A stretch of DNA of 64,000 bases from a virus. Its lineage: Duplodnaviria; Caudoviricetes. Shown piece by piece: positions 1-8,830 of this stretch; within the stretch, counting starts at the first letter, position 1, and the number at the start of each line of letters is the position of its first letter. The position numbers and the translations under genes were made by a program. Location of the stretch: positions 1,028-65,027 of IMG/VR virus record IMGVR_UViG_3300042542_003367; one strand, 5' to 3'. Under the pieces are notes generated by a model that was not told the DNA's origin, did not search any database, and saw only the letters and a list, made by a program, of their open reading frames with translations.

Positions 1-953
1 TCTTCTTTGAGTCCTTTGACTTCTATTTCGTCAGCTTCCTTCGTCCCGTATGTATCACGCAGGTCGGTGAATGATTTGTACATGAATTTGATACCATCAG
101 CTAAACTCTGTGCGTGTACACCGACAATTTCCATTTCTGCCCATGCTTCTTTGTTTTGATGGTAGTGCGCTTTGAGCCATTCTATACCTTCAAGAATGTT
201 ATTATCCATTATACTGGTATCAGTTTTAAATCCTACTCTGGAAAGAGCGACGGCGCACTGAACGTTATTCTGCACATGCTTTATGCAGGTCTGTTCCAAG
301 TTGCTGATTTTATCCAGTGCTGTGTCGCCGCTGATAGCGATTCGTGCTAACGCGTATTCGATGTTGCTGAGTGTGTCGCGTTGCTTAACCAGATTTTTGA
401 TAATAGACATAATATCCGTGTTCACCGGATACGCTAAACCGTCGCTCATTATCATGTTTTTGATTTCGGCTTCCCGTTTCTGATAATACTCTATTTCGTT
501 TCTATAGCCGTACATCTCATTTCTCTGGTGCGTTATAGTTTGTTCTAATAGAATTATATCTTCCGCAGTGTAATGGCTATAATCCTTTTTAGGAATATAC
601 TCTTCACCTTGTGCGATTGCCGCTGACATTTCTTCTACATCTTCTGGCACGTCAACAGCAATTTCAATATCACTGCAATATTCCTTCATGATGTAAGTCG
701 CTTTCGCCTGATGTCCTTCAGAGACAACGTTGGAAATGCAAATATCTGTTTCTTTCACCTTGCTTAATGAATTGAGATAATCTTTTCCCTTCTCCAGACT
801 TTGAGGAGAAACGAACTCGTCGGAGAATATAGTGTCGCAGATATGCCAGTCGCCGTCTATTACAGTATCTTTGTAGGATACAATAGCACAGCCAGCCGCC
901 CGGGGAGTTGTGTGAATTGCGCCGCCCGGTGTTCTATAATAATTCTGTCCCAT
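1..953 (-). CDS. Hypothetical protein, truncated by the left window edge
   Basis: ATG at 953-951 (MGQNYYRTPGGAIH...) directly after the 959 stop; the frame reads open towards the edge; absent from the ORF track because no stop lies in the window. Confidence 0.7.
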   Translation of the reverse strand, partial: MGQNYYRTPGGAIHTTPRAAGCAIVSYKDTVIDGDWHICDTIFSDEFVSPQSLEKGKDYLNSLSKVKETDICISNVVSEGHQAKATYIMKEYCSDIEIAVDVPEDVEEMSAAIAQGEEYIPKKDYSHYTAEDIILLEQTITHQRNEMYGYRNEIEYYQKREAEIKNMIMSDGLAYPVNTDIMSIIKNLVKQRDTLSNIEYALARIAISGDTALDKISNLEQTCIKHVQNNVQCAVALSRVGFKTDTSIMDNNILEGIEWLKAHYHQNKEAWAEMEIVGVHAQSLADGIKFMYKSFTDLRDTYGTKEADEIEVKGLKE

Positions 954-958
954 AGTAA

Positions 959-1141
959 TTAACCTCTCTTCTTTTTATTCTTGTTCGATTGATGTATGCA
1001 CCCGTCATTCGGATGCACCTGCTGGCGATGATATAGTGACTTTTTGCAATGGCAGTACTTGATTTTCTTCGTTTGAGTATCGTTGATATTCGGTATCCAG
1101 TACGCGCAGTGCATACACTGTTGATTACGATTAAATGTCAT
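959..1141 (-). CDS. Small Cys/His-rich hypothetical protein
   Basis: CMHC and CHC motifs; packs between co-oriented neighbours. Confidence 0.55.
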   Translation of the reverse strand: MTFNRNQQCMHCAYWIPNINDTQTKKIKYCHCKKSLYHRQQVHPNDGCIHQSNKNKKKRG

Positions 1142-1150
1142 GTGGGTTCC

Positions 1151-1690
1151 TCAATACTCTTCCACTTCCTGCTGATTATCAGCGGGTTGCCAGTTGCGGC
1201 TCTCAGCTTCTTTTAACGCTGAATAAAAGTCCTTACCAGACGCACAGAGACAGTTATCCACCCAGTTATAGACGTATACGCCTTTTCCGTCTTTGCGTCT
1301 GGATACACCGTAGCCAGAGGGCATTAACGCCATGCGCTTGTAGGTTTCCACAGACATCTGCGCAATTATTTCGGCTATTTTTGTTAAGTCCAGCAAGTGG
1401 TAATAACATTTTTCAAAGCCTTCGGCGACATTACAGATACCCACAGCCGCTACTTGTCCAGCGCGGTTCTCCGGCAGTTGTGTGGCGCATATCTCCGCAA
1501 GGTGTGCCAGTATGAACTCCGCATTTTTCGACAGTTCGTTCAACTCTTCCGCTGTGGTGACACCGACGTTAGGTATAACAGCGAAGTCGTGCCACTGGTT
1601 GTCATCTTTATGCAGGTGCATAACTACCACGTCACCCACATTATAATCTGACGGGCGGACGGGTATCGGTGGTAATACGTTAATTGACAT
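1151..1690 (-). CDS. Hypothetical protein
   Basis: Start moved to MSINV, which gives a TAATG overlap with the upstream stop. Confidence 0.7.
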   Translation of the reverse strand: MSINVLPPIPVRPSDYNVGDVVVMHLHKDDNQWHDFAVIPNVGVTTAEELNELSKNAEFILAHLAEICATQLPENRAGQVAAVGICNVAEGFEKCYYHLLDLTKIAEIIAQMSVETYKRMALMPSGYGVSRRKDGKGVYVYNWVDNCLCASGKDFYSALKEAESRNWQPADNQQEVEEY

Positions 1691-2160
1691 TATTCTTCTC
1701 CCAGACACATGATGCTCATAACACAGTATGAAGCTAAGTCAAGCATAGTGTCAGCCATAGACTCAAAGTTCGGCGACTTGTTGGACTGACACAACGACTG
1801 ATAACGGTGATACTTGTCAGCGATGCGGCAGTAACATGCCGCGATGCCTACTTTCTCGAATGTACGAGCGAACGAGTTGCCGTAATCAGCGTTCTTCAAC
1901 TCGTACAATTCACTGATTTTCTTCGCCAGTTCATGCACAGTGCAAGGAATGAAGGGATACTTCCCTGTCATTGCCGCCAGTGTCTCCATGCTGGCAGAAG
2001 CAAGAGTAGATAATGCCCGCATACGCGTATAATCATCCTGCTCTGTGGTCAATGCTTCTTCCACTTCAACGAACGCGGCGGCGATGGTATAAATAGTGTT
2101 CATGTCAGCCGCCATAGTCGCGATGGCTTCAAAATTAGTTGGTACTTTCTTGCGCTTCAT
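1690..2160 (-). CDS. DUF1599 / nucleotide-modification-associated domain protein
   Basis: Family pattern KNADYGNSF...RIADKYHR...DTMLDLASY. Confidence 0.8.
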   Translation of the reverse strand: MKRKKVPTNFEAIATMAADMNTIYTIAAAFVEVEEALTTEQDDYTRMRALSTLASASMETLAAMTGKYPFIPCTVHELAKKISELYELKNADYGNSFARTFEKVGIAACYCRIADKYHRYQSLCQSNKSPNFESMADTMLDLASYCVMSIMCLGEE

Positions 2161-2917
2161 TGTGCGCTCCCCCCTCTTCTTCTTTCTTTTGTTCTTCTAC
2201 GTAACAGCCCGGACACAGCCCCAACTCGTCTTTAGTTATATCTGCACCGCAGACGACACAGGTGTATACTTCTTCTTTGTCCTGTTCCTCTTTTACTTTG
2301 CTCATAAAGCAAGAGACACACAAGCCCCAGTCTTTGTAGTATTCTTCGCATATCTCAATACCGCATTCTCCGCACTTGTGCGCTTCGGTCTCCAGTACCT
2401 CGCGCTCAGCGTTTAAGTCGCGCTGGATAGCATGACGTTCAGTGAACTTTTCTGGATACCGCGCACTCAGCTTGTTGATATTACGCGTCATCTCTTTCTC
2501 GAAAGTGGTGCTGAGGGTTTCACAGGCAATAGCCAGATACCACAGAATGTCGCCGATTTCTTCTTTTAAGTTAGTGGTATCCAGTTCCTTGCCGTAGAAC
2601 AGCCACTTCTTCAACGCGTCAGTGAACTCGCCAACCTCAGTAGTTAATCCCATCGCCGCGTGTTGCAGACGTATATAAACGGGACGACTCATGCGTTGTG
2701 CGATGATGTCGAAGTCCTGTGACTCTGTGCGCAGTGCGAGGTCGATATAGGTCGCCGCAGATGTCGATGACGCGACTTCTGATGTTCGCTTATAGAATAC
2801 CTTATGGCAGACAGGGCATTCTATTTTAACTTCATTGTGGGTATCTGTGTTCCCACTGATGTACTGTTCTGTCAGTTCGACAGTTGTATCGCATTCGATA
2901 CATTTGATGAGTTTCAT
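2135..2917 (-). CDS. MazG-like nucleotide pyrophosphohydrolase with flanking Zn-ribbon motifs
   Basis: HAAMGLTTEVGEFTDALKK...KEEIGDILWY MazG motif; CxxC pairs at both termini; start at MKLIK with ATGA overlap. Confidence 0.85.
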   Translation of the reverse strand: MKLIKCIECDTTVELTEQYISGNTDTHNEVKIECPVCHKVFYKRTSEVASSTSAATYIDLALRTESQDFDIIAQRMSRPVYIRLQHAAMGLTTEVGEFTDALKKWLFYGKELDTTNLKEEIGDILWYLAIACETLSTTFEKEMTRNINKLSARYPEKFTERHAIQRDLNAEREVLETEAHKCGECGIEICEEYYKDWGLCVSCFMSKVKEEQDKEEVYTCVVCGADITKDELGLCPGCYVEEQKKEEEGGAHNEAQESTN

Positions 2918-3159
2918 AGTGGCTTCTTCCACTCCTCGTTATATTCTATCACTGCAAGCATTATTGCCCCCAGAATGATGACGACAAAGACGGCAATATC
3001 AAGGACAACCATTGATAAGCATATTTTTGCTATTAGCCAAATATTTAAAGCTATAATAGCTTTACTTGCCATCCATGTTAATACCATAATCGAAGCGATG
3101 ATGTTGACGATTATGGATATTAAAAAGAACTTTTGCGTGAACGTCTTGATGTCTTTCAT
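2914..3159 (-). CDS. Small membrane protein
   Basis: Two hydrophobic segments; coupled to neighbouring genes. Confidence 0.6.
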   Translation of the reverse strand: MKDIKTFTQKFFLISIIVNIIASIMVLTWMASKAIIALNIWLIAKICLSMVVLDIAVFVVIILGAIMLAVIEYNEEWKKPL

Positions 3160-3160
3160 G

Positions 3161-4069
3161 CTACCCTTCCTCTTCTTCTTCGGATATTATTTTTCCAGCT
3201 AACGTGAGCAACATGCTTTTTGATTTATTCATTTTGCAAACATATTGCTGGTAAATTTTATCATCTCGCAACCGCCGGATATTTTTTGCCACTAATGATG
3301 CTAATACATCAGGGGATAACGCGTCTAATTCCCAACTGGAATATCCGAATTGTTCAATATATTTAGTTGCCCGACTGTCTGTGAGTTTCGCAGGATTTTC
3401 GGGTGGAGAATATTCTTCTACTTGTGACATGTTTAATGCAATACGATGAACATTAACATCACAACGAGAATACCTTTCTAATCGTGATTGCACATCGCGT
3501 GTCATATCCATACCGGACGGGTCATGGTCTCCAAGGTATATAACATGTAGTTCTTTACCATTGATACACTGTTTTCTCAACTGTGTGCCAATAGAATACA
3601 TGAGCGAGTCAGACGCATAACCTTTATTGGCTGTAAAAGAAACATCTTCTTGCAAACAAATTGGTTCCAATATTCCTTCCATTGCCTGTTTTTCTACCAT
3701 AACCATTACATAGTTAGGCTGATTCTCCCACAAATCTATTTTAAATTGGTCGGCGCAAGATTTTAATATTTCTCCTATAGAACTCCAATGTGAGTTACGT
3801 ACAGTTTCACGCCCCCTGTCAACAATATGCTCCCAGTCTATACATCCAGCATTTCTTGCTTCTGAGATGATGTTACCCAACATTTTGTAGTTAGATTCGC
3901 TATTGCTCCACTCAAAAGATAGCGGTTGACGTGCTACAAATTGATAGTATAATTGGCGCAAAGATAAATTATATCCCTGTAAATAATATTCGCGGCAGAT
4001 ATTGTTAGCCATATAGACTATTTCCTCTTTTTTAGGAGAAAATTGTATATCTATAAATTTCTCGTACAT
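3161..4069 (-). CDS. Topo VI-A/Spo11/JetD-like TOPRIM-domain protein
   Basis: LSLRQLYYQ winged-helix-like motif; VEK and YLGDHDPSG TOPRIM motifs; WELDAL. Confidence 0.75.
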   Translation of the reverse strand: MYEKFIDIQFSPKKEEIVYMANNICREYYLQGYNLSLRQLYYQFVARQPLSFEWSNSESNYKMLGNIISEARNAGCIDWEHIVDRGRETVRNSHWSSIGEILKSCADQFKIDLWENQPNYVMVMVEKQAMEGILEPICLQEDVSFTANKGYASDSLMYSIGTQLRKQCINGKELHVIYLGDHDPSGMDMTRDVQSRLERYSRCDVNVHRIALNMSQVEEYSPPENPAKLTDSRATKYIEQFGYSSWELDALSPDVLASLVAKNIRRLRDDKIYQQYVCKMNKSKSMLLTLAGKIISEEEEEG

Positions 4070-4070
4070 G

Positions 4071-4712
4071 CTATTCTCCTTTCTTTAGAATAAAGTCGTT
4101 GTTGTCCAGCCAGTGGATAGACGGCGAAAAGACATCGTACTTATTTGTCCAGACAAACCACGCGTACACCATCATACCTGTATGGACTTTACCATCTTCG
4201 CGCAGTGGCTCACCGAGCAACGGATACCGTGTAAACACGTACACTTCTGATAGCGGGAATTCTCTGTCACACCATATTTCATCATATCTCTGCTTACCGT
4301 GCAAGTATGACAACGGCAGAAGCATTGCTATTTCAGTTACACCGTTCGTCTCGCTCATTGACTTAGCGCGTTTGATAAACTCCATCGCCAGCGAATATGG
4401 CGGGTTGGTGATGATAGTATTGAACTCCTGCTTTCCAAAATCGTGCGTTAAGAAATCTATCCCCTGCGATAAATCAGTGGCGGTAATAACAGAACTCTCT
4501 CTATCCCCGTAACCATATTCTTTCAGGACTTTTACTATAGCACCATTACCACAAGCGGGTTCAAGAATATGACTACTGTAACCATTGCCATTAAAAAATC
4601 CTAACGTGTAAGTATCCAGAAATAATCTGGTCAAGCTATACGGAGTCTCATAGAAGTCCGACTCTTTGCGTTTATTGCTGACGTTGTTGGCAGAAAAATT
4701 CTTCCCGGTCAT
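4071..4712 (-). CDS. DNA N6-adenine methyltransferase
   Basis: DFYETP, LEPACGNG SAM-binding motif I, ITNPPY catalytic motif IV. Confidence 0.9.
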   Translation of the reverse strand: MTGKNFSANNVSNKRKESDFYETPYSLTRLFLDTYTLGFFNGNGYSSHILEPACGNGAIVKVLKEYGYGDRESSVITATDLSQGIDFLTHDFGKQEFNTIITNPPYSLAMEFIKRAKSMSETNGVTEIAMLLPLSYLHGKQRYDEIWCDREFPLSEVYVFTRYPLLGEPLREDGKVHTGMMVYAWFVWTNKYDVFSPSIHWLDNNDFILKKGE

Positions 4713-4930
4713 GCTATCACCATCGTCTCACCTTCGTGCAGTGCGTTATCCACTACTGCATCCGCGATGTTTTTCTGAGTGATTATCGGCACATCTACCA
4801 CATTGATAGTGTTGCAGTTCAGGCAAGTGATATTACACTTACCATTTTCTGTGATGCTGGTCTCCTGCTCAGGGTACAGCATACAGTTATCCTTTTTGCA
4901 GGATGAGCATTTGAAGTATTTAATTAACAT
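4709..4930 (-). CDS. Zn-ribbon protein
   Basis: CSSC...CLNC; start placed at MLIKY after a GAGAGG RBS. Confidence 0.6.
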   Translation of the reverse strand: MLIKYFKCSSCKKDNCMLYPEQETSITENGKCNITCLNCNTINVVDVPIITQKNIADAVVDNALHEGETMVIA

Positions 4931-5159
4931 AATCCTCTCTCTTTTATCGTTCACCTCTACCTGCCCGCGCACAGCAGGTTTCGGCTTACAGCGTCAACAT
5001 TATTCAGTTGTGAACTTTAGCGTTTTTTACTTTTTGTTAGATTTACTATTACCTTGTATCATGTGCGCGATACTCAGCGCGGAAGCATGCCCGCTTTTAC
5101 TCCCCGCACCATGTTGTGACAAAACGCCATTTTGTTGGGAGTAAAACTGTGTCGCATCA
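4931..5159 (-). ncRNA. Candidate structured RNA element B (intergenic)
   Basis: Helices read by eye on the minus strand: TTTTACTCCC/GGGAGTAAAA enclosing ACAAAAT/GTTTTGT and CAC/GTG; GCGG/CCGC; GTATCG/TGATAC; GTTCAC/GTGAAC enclosing CAAC/GTTG and ACCTGC/GCAGGT. Confidence 0.55.
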
Positions 5160-5411
5160 TCAGGTCAAACCGCGACGATGCCTGAAATGATTGCGGTACT
5201 GGCATCTCTTACATCTCCCCATGTGGGGATACTTTTTAACACGAATGAGATTATCACCCCATACCGCTATAGAAACATTCTCCGCCTTTTTACAGGCTGG
5301 ACATTCGACCTTGTATTGTACCATATTGTCTGACCCACAGGATAAACATACTTGTGAAGAATGCTCCTCGCCGCAATCAAGACACTTATGTACCGATATT
5401 TTATTAGCCAT
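5160..5411 (-). CDS. Multi-CxxC Zn-binding protein
   Basis: Four CxxC pairs; follows the promoter at 5431-5459 with an AAGGGG RBS. Confidence 0.7.
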   Translation of the reverse strand: MANKISVHKCLDCGEEHSSQVCLSCGSDNMVQYKVECPACKKAENVSIAVWGDNLIRVKKYPHMGRCKRCQYRNHFRHRRGLT

Positions 5412-5430
5412 ATTAACCCCTTACACATCT

Positions 5431-5459
5431 ATTATACCAAAATCAATACACTTTGTCAA
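5431..5459 (-). promoter_or_regulatory. Sigma70-type promoter with direct-repeat TCAATAC motif
   Basis: TTGACA-17bp-TATAAT. Confidence 0.85.
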
Positions 5460-5465
5460 TACATT

Positions 5466-5912
5466 TTACTCTGTTTCCGGCATTTTTTCTGCCGCGAAAA
5501 ACATGTCCCAATATTTGATATAATCTTCAACTTTCTTGAAGTATCCGTGTTTGAGGTATGCAGTTGTTTTGTGGCGATACACCACTTCATAGTTGTGGAT
5601 ATATGCCTGTGGGTCGGTAAATAGTGCAACGACATCTTCAATGCACCGGACGCAACACGCTTCTCCGCCCGCTTCCTGCCACTTGCGCATGAACGACAAC
5701 TGGTGTGCTGTGGGTCTACCCGCTATAACGAACGGGGACTTCACTTTGGCTTCGCAGAATACCACACGCCCTTTATAGATATTCAAGCGGTCGGGGATGC
5801 CAGCTTCCTGACCCATCGACGCGACGATTTTAACGCTCTTTGCGTCCTTTCCCCATGACTTGAACAGGTCTTTTATAGCCTGTGATAGCACTGTTTCGTT
5901 TTTATATGGCAT
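5466..5912 (-). CDS. VRR-NUC (PD-D/ExK) nuclease / resolvase-like
   Basis: E...GIPDR...FCEAK...Q...GG motifs; start at MPYKNE via TAATG overlap. Confidence 0.8.
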   Translation of the reverse strand: MPYKNETVLSQAIKDLFKSWGKDAKSVKIVASMGQEAGIPDRLNIYKGRVVFCEAKVKSPFVIAGRPTAHQLSFMRKWQEAGGEACCVRCIEDVVALFTDPQAYIHNYEVVYRHKTTAYLKHGYFKKVEDYIKYWDMFFAAEKMPETE

Positions 5913-6151
5913 TATTTTGACTCCGATTTTAGTTCGTCTATCCACATATATATAATCATAATTATTGATATACCACCTATGATTAATCCGCCTAACGGCA
6001 ATGACATAATCATTATTTTCAAGATTATATCCTCTGACTTGCTCAACAAAAGCTGAATACCCAAACATAAGCCATACTGCAAAGTTAAAATCATCAGAAT
6101 GATAATAAACGCAATCACAGATGCAATTATTTTGCGGATTATATTTTTCAT
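5912..6151 (-). CDS. Small membrane protein
   Basis: Two hydrophobic helices; ATGA overlap upstream and TAATG overlap downstream. Confidence 0.65.
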   Translation of the reverse strand: MKNIIRKIIASVIAFIIILMILTLQYGLCLGIQLLLSKSEDIILKIMIMSLPLGGLIIGGISIIMIIYMWIDELKSESK

Positions 6152-6570
6152 ACACACAACCTCGGATTATCCCAACTATTCCCGCGCACGAACATACGAT
6201 ATTCGTCGATAACGTCGTGCGTGAGCATTGTCATGTCGTTCCATTCCAACCCTTTCTCCAGCGACTTGATGATGAAACCACCCTCGCGGTAGAGTACATG
6301 GAATAACAGGACTTCGTGAAAACGATTGATGGCTTGCAGGACATCTCCTTCAAAGATGCCTTTACCATTTTTGTCCGTCACGCAAGTATACATGCTGATA
6401 GTATCAGCCAGCACTGGCTCTTCTGTCTGTATATAAGGGTCTTTGATGAAGTAGGTCTTAACCAGCATTTCTTCACCGTCTTCCCTTACTTCAATACGCA
6501 ACATGGTAACAAGGCTACCTATGACCCATCTACCCGTTGGTGTCTTTGCTCTACAGAATATGTCACGCAT
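6148..6570 (-). CDS. YopX family protein
   Basis: MRDIFCRAK...WVIGSL...YTCVTDKNGKGIFEGDV...GNSWDNP. Confidence 0.85.
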   Translation of the reverse strand: MRDIFCRAKTPTGRWVIGSLVTMLRIEVREDGEEMLVKTYFIKDPYIQTEEPVLADTISMYTCVTDKNGKGIFEGDVLQAINRFHEVLLFHVLYREGGFIIKSLEKGLEWNDMTMLTHDVIDEYRMFVRGNSWDNPRLCV

Positions 6571-6574
6571 TTAC

Positions 6575-6877
6575 TTATACTCCATATTTTACTTTAGCGT
6601 CGGCTATTAGGATATGGAAATAGTTTTTCATCTCTTGCTCACTCGCCCAAACATGAGATAGTTTAAAAGCTACCGTTCGAGGTTCCATACCTATTAAACC
6701 ATCTGGCTTCCTGATTTCTTTGACTATTATGTTATATCTATCCACTGATATAACATCTACGGCACGTACATCGTATGCTCGTATACCATCGTCGGTTAAC
6801 TGCGCACAATAAAGTGACACCCCTGTTAACTCTGAATCAAGGACGAGTTTTAAAACTCGCGCAAAGTGTTCGTTCAT
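6575..6877 (-). CDS. Hypothetical protein
   Basis: Coupled ORF with GGGAG RBS. Confidence 0.6.
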   Translation of the reverse strand: MNEHFARVLKLVLDSELTGVSLYCAQLTDDGIRAYDVRAVDVISVDRYNIIVKEIRKPDGLIGMEPRTVAFKLSHVWASEQEMKNYFHILIADAKVKYGV

Positions 6878-7350
6878 TTTTGTACTCCCTTTTTTAAAAT
6901 TTCAATAGCTTCTTGTAACAAAGCTACATCTTTCATCATTTGTGTTACTTGTTTTTTATAGAACTGTGCTTGATTGTCACTCAATAGCAGAACTCTTGAT
7001 GAGCGACATTTTCGTTGTTCTATATCTATATTTAATTCACCCTGTATCTCTTCTGCCTTTTTATGATAACGTTCAGATAATTCTTGAAGAGATTTTATTA
7101 GTGTAGGAGACACTACTACGCAAAACAATTGCGTATTACGATATTGCACGTTACTTTGTGACCCGGGCGGCGGATAAGAGTCGCGTTCTTTAATATTACA
7201 TTCATGGCACATGTTATCTGTAAACACCCTTCCGCGACGTAAATATACAGGGTCATCGCTATCTTTCCAAGGTCGGCTTACACCGCATCTTTGGCATACC
7301 CACATCTTAGGTTCTTTTTGACGTTTTTTAAACCAGTCTGACCAACTCAT
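6874..7350 (-). CDS. Hypothetical Zn-finger/coiled-coil protein
   Basis: CQRC and CHEC motifs; start at MSWSDW after AGGAG. Confidence 0.6.
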   Translation of the reverse strand: MSWSDWFKKRQKEPKMWVCQRCGVSRPWKDSDDPVYLRRGRVFTDNMCHECNIKERDSYPPPGSQSNVQYRNTQLFCVVVSPTLIKSLQELSERYHKKAEEIQGELNIDIEQRKCRSSRVLLLSDNQAQFYKKQVTQMMKDVALLQEAIEILKKGVQK

Positions 7351-7360
7351 GATTTTTCTC

Positions 7361-7615
7361 CTATAACTCAATAAAATAATACACACCATCTATATCACAA
7401 GCTAAACCAGTTTTCCCTTCTGTATTCGTGATATATCTGAGCGTATTTACAGGTACTTTGATTAAGGTATTCACAGTATTTATACGTACTGTATTATCAC
7501 AGTTTATGTTTATGACTTTATTACCCTCTCCTTCTTTGTACCAGCTTGAAGCTAACTCACTTACCTTGCTCCAGCGATGAAGAGAAAGATATAGTACTAA
7601 ATCAATGTCTGTCAT
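7361..7615 (-). CDS. Hypothetical protein
   Basis: Start at MTDID after AGGAG. Confidence 0.55.
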   Translation of the reverse strand: MTDIDLVLYLSLHRWSKVSELASSWYKEGEGNKVININCDNTVRINTVNTLIKVPVNTLRYITNTEGKTGLACDIDGVYYFIEL

Positions 7616-8045
7616 TATCTTTCTCCTGCAACAACGGAAGAACATCACCTATCAATTCGTTTATCTCCTGCTGTAAGATATGATAAGTACGCGATACCTC
7701 TTCTTTTGCCTGACGTAAACTCTTTAGCCTTTTATTGATACCCTGCATAGTGTCGGGTACTTCATTAATAGTTGTTTCTTCGCGCTCTGCCTTTTGCTTT
7801 TCAAATTCCTTTAATCTCTGGCTATTCATTTTTAGTGACGCTCGTGCTTTAGTTATATTCGCTTGGCATTCGTGGATAGCACCCTGAATAAAGCAGTCAG
7901 GACATAACCATCCACTGCAATCTTTTTCTTTTGCTGGTATATGTACCCATTTCCACCCAAACCCTCTGGCTTCCTCATAAATATGTTCTATTTCCACACG
8001 CAGTTCCATTCTGGTCTGGCATTCTCTGCATTCAATCGTAGACAT
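7602..8045 (-). CDS. Zn-ribbon plus coiled-coil protein
   Basis: CREC...GWKWVH...LCPDC. Confidence 0.65.
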   Translation of the reverse strand: MSTIECRECQTRMELRVEIEHIYEEARGFGWKWVHIPAKEKDCSGWLCPDCFIQGAIHECQANITKARASLKMNSQRLKEFEKQKAEREETTINEVPDTMQGINKRLKSLRQAKEEVSRTYHILQQEINELIGDVLPLLQEKDNDRH

Positions 8046-8047
8046 AA

Positions 8048-8326
8048 TTATAACCCTCTCTTCGCCATAAATATGGCAATAATAATTCTGCGCATATTTG
8101 CGCGTTTAATCTCGCGGCGGATTTTAGCTTCCCACTTGCGCAGTGCGTCTGGATTTCCTACTGTAGCATTAATACTACATCGAAAGTCTAAAGTCGGTGG
8201 AGTATTCCATGCACTTGCTATGTCTCCTATTTTATAATTAACAGACATATCTCTCATCCCCACTGGAGTATGTTCATCTCCGGCGAAAAACAAGAAGTTA
8301 TTTATATCGAAATCTTTCGGTTCCAT
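8048..8326 (-). CDS. Hypothetical protein
   Basis: First ORF after the promoter at 8348-8376; GAGAGGG RBS. Confidence 0.6.
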   Translation of the reverse strand: MEPKDFDINNFLFFAGDEHTPVGMRDMSVNYKIGDIASAWNTPPTLDFRCSINATVGNPDALRKWEAKIRREIKRANMRRIIIAIFMAKRGL

Positions 8327-8347
8327 AGTTCCCTCTCTTACTCATCT

Positions 8348-8376
8348 ATTATACCAAATTGTATTGAACTTGTCAA
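8348..8376 (-). promoter_or_regulatory. Sigma70-type promoter with inverted-repeat TGTATTGA-N5-TCAATACA
   Basis: TTGACA-17bp-TATAAT. Confidence 0.85.
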
Positions 8377-8390
8377 TACAGTTTAATACT

Positions 8391-8828
8391 TTATTTTGAT
8401 TGTTTCTCCTTCACCACAACGCGCACAGCCACAGAGACATCAAAATTAGCTTTCCCTTTCTGAACAGTAGCGTGTGGTTCCGCTATCAGATACATCTCCT
8501 GACCTTTGATAGCGTCGAACTCCTGCATAAGCTGATTGATTAAAGCCTGTATCCGGCTGGCGTGGATAATCTCTTCTTTCGACATTTTGTGCTGTACCAC
8601 GTCGTTATCAGCGGCTACTTCTGATACTAATAGTGTTATTGTATGTGCTTTAGGTTTACCACAAAGAGCCACAGCTTCTTTTAATTTATCAACAGACAGT
8701 ACAGCTTCATGTACAGCAGGAATAGCTGTGCCTTTGTGGTTGCCATACAAATCTTTTAACATATCGTCCTGACGCTGGCGCAAACCTTCTGACATTCTGC
8801 GGTTAATTTCATCGAACATGGTACTCAT
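8391..8828 (-). CDS. Hypothetical protein
   Basis: Start at MSTMF just after the helicase stop. Confidence 0.6.
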   Translation of the reverse strand: MSTMFDEINRRMSEGLRQRQDDMLKDLYGNHKGTAIPAVHEAVLSVDKLKEAVALCGKPKAHTITLLVSEVAADNDVVQHKMSKEEIIHASRIQALINQLMQEFDAIKGQEMYLIAEPHATVQKGKANFDVSVAVRVVVKEKQSK

Positions 8829-8830
8829 AT

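Noticed and set aside
4950-5163. Hammerhead ribozyme (CTGATGA at the upstream stop; GAAACCTGC...GCAGGTA resembling stem III and a GUA site)
   Set aside because: CTGATGA lies ~170 nt from GAAA with no stem I or II pairing, and the nearer CTGAATA breaks the C3-G8 core. Kept only as an unassigned structured RNA.
5913-6155. 81-aa N-terminal extension of the VRR-NUC ORF in the track
   Set aside because: The overlapping membrane-protein frame has ATGA and TAATG coupling at both ends, so the nuclease most likely starts at 5912.
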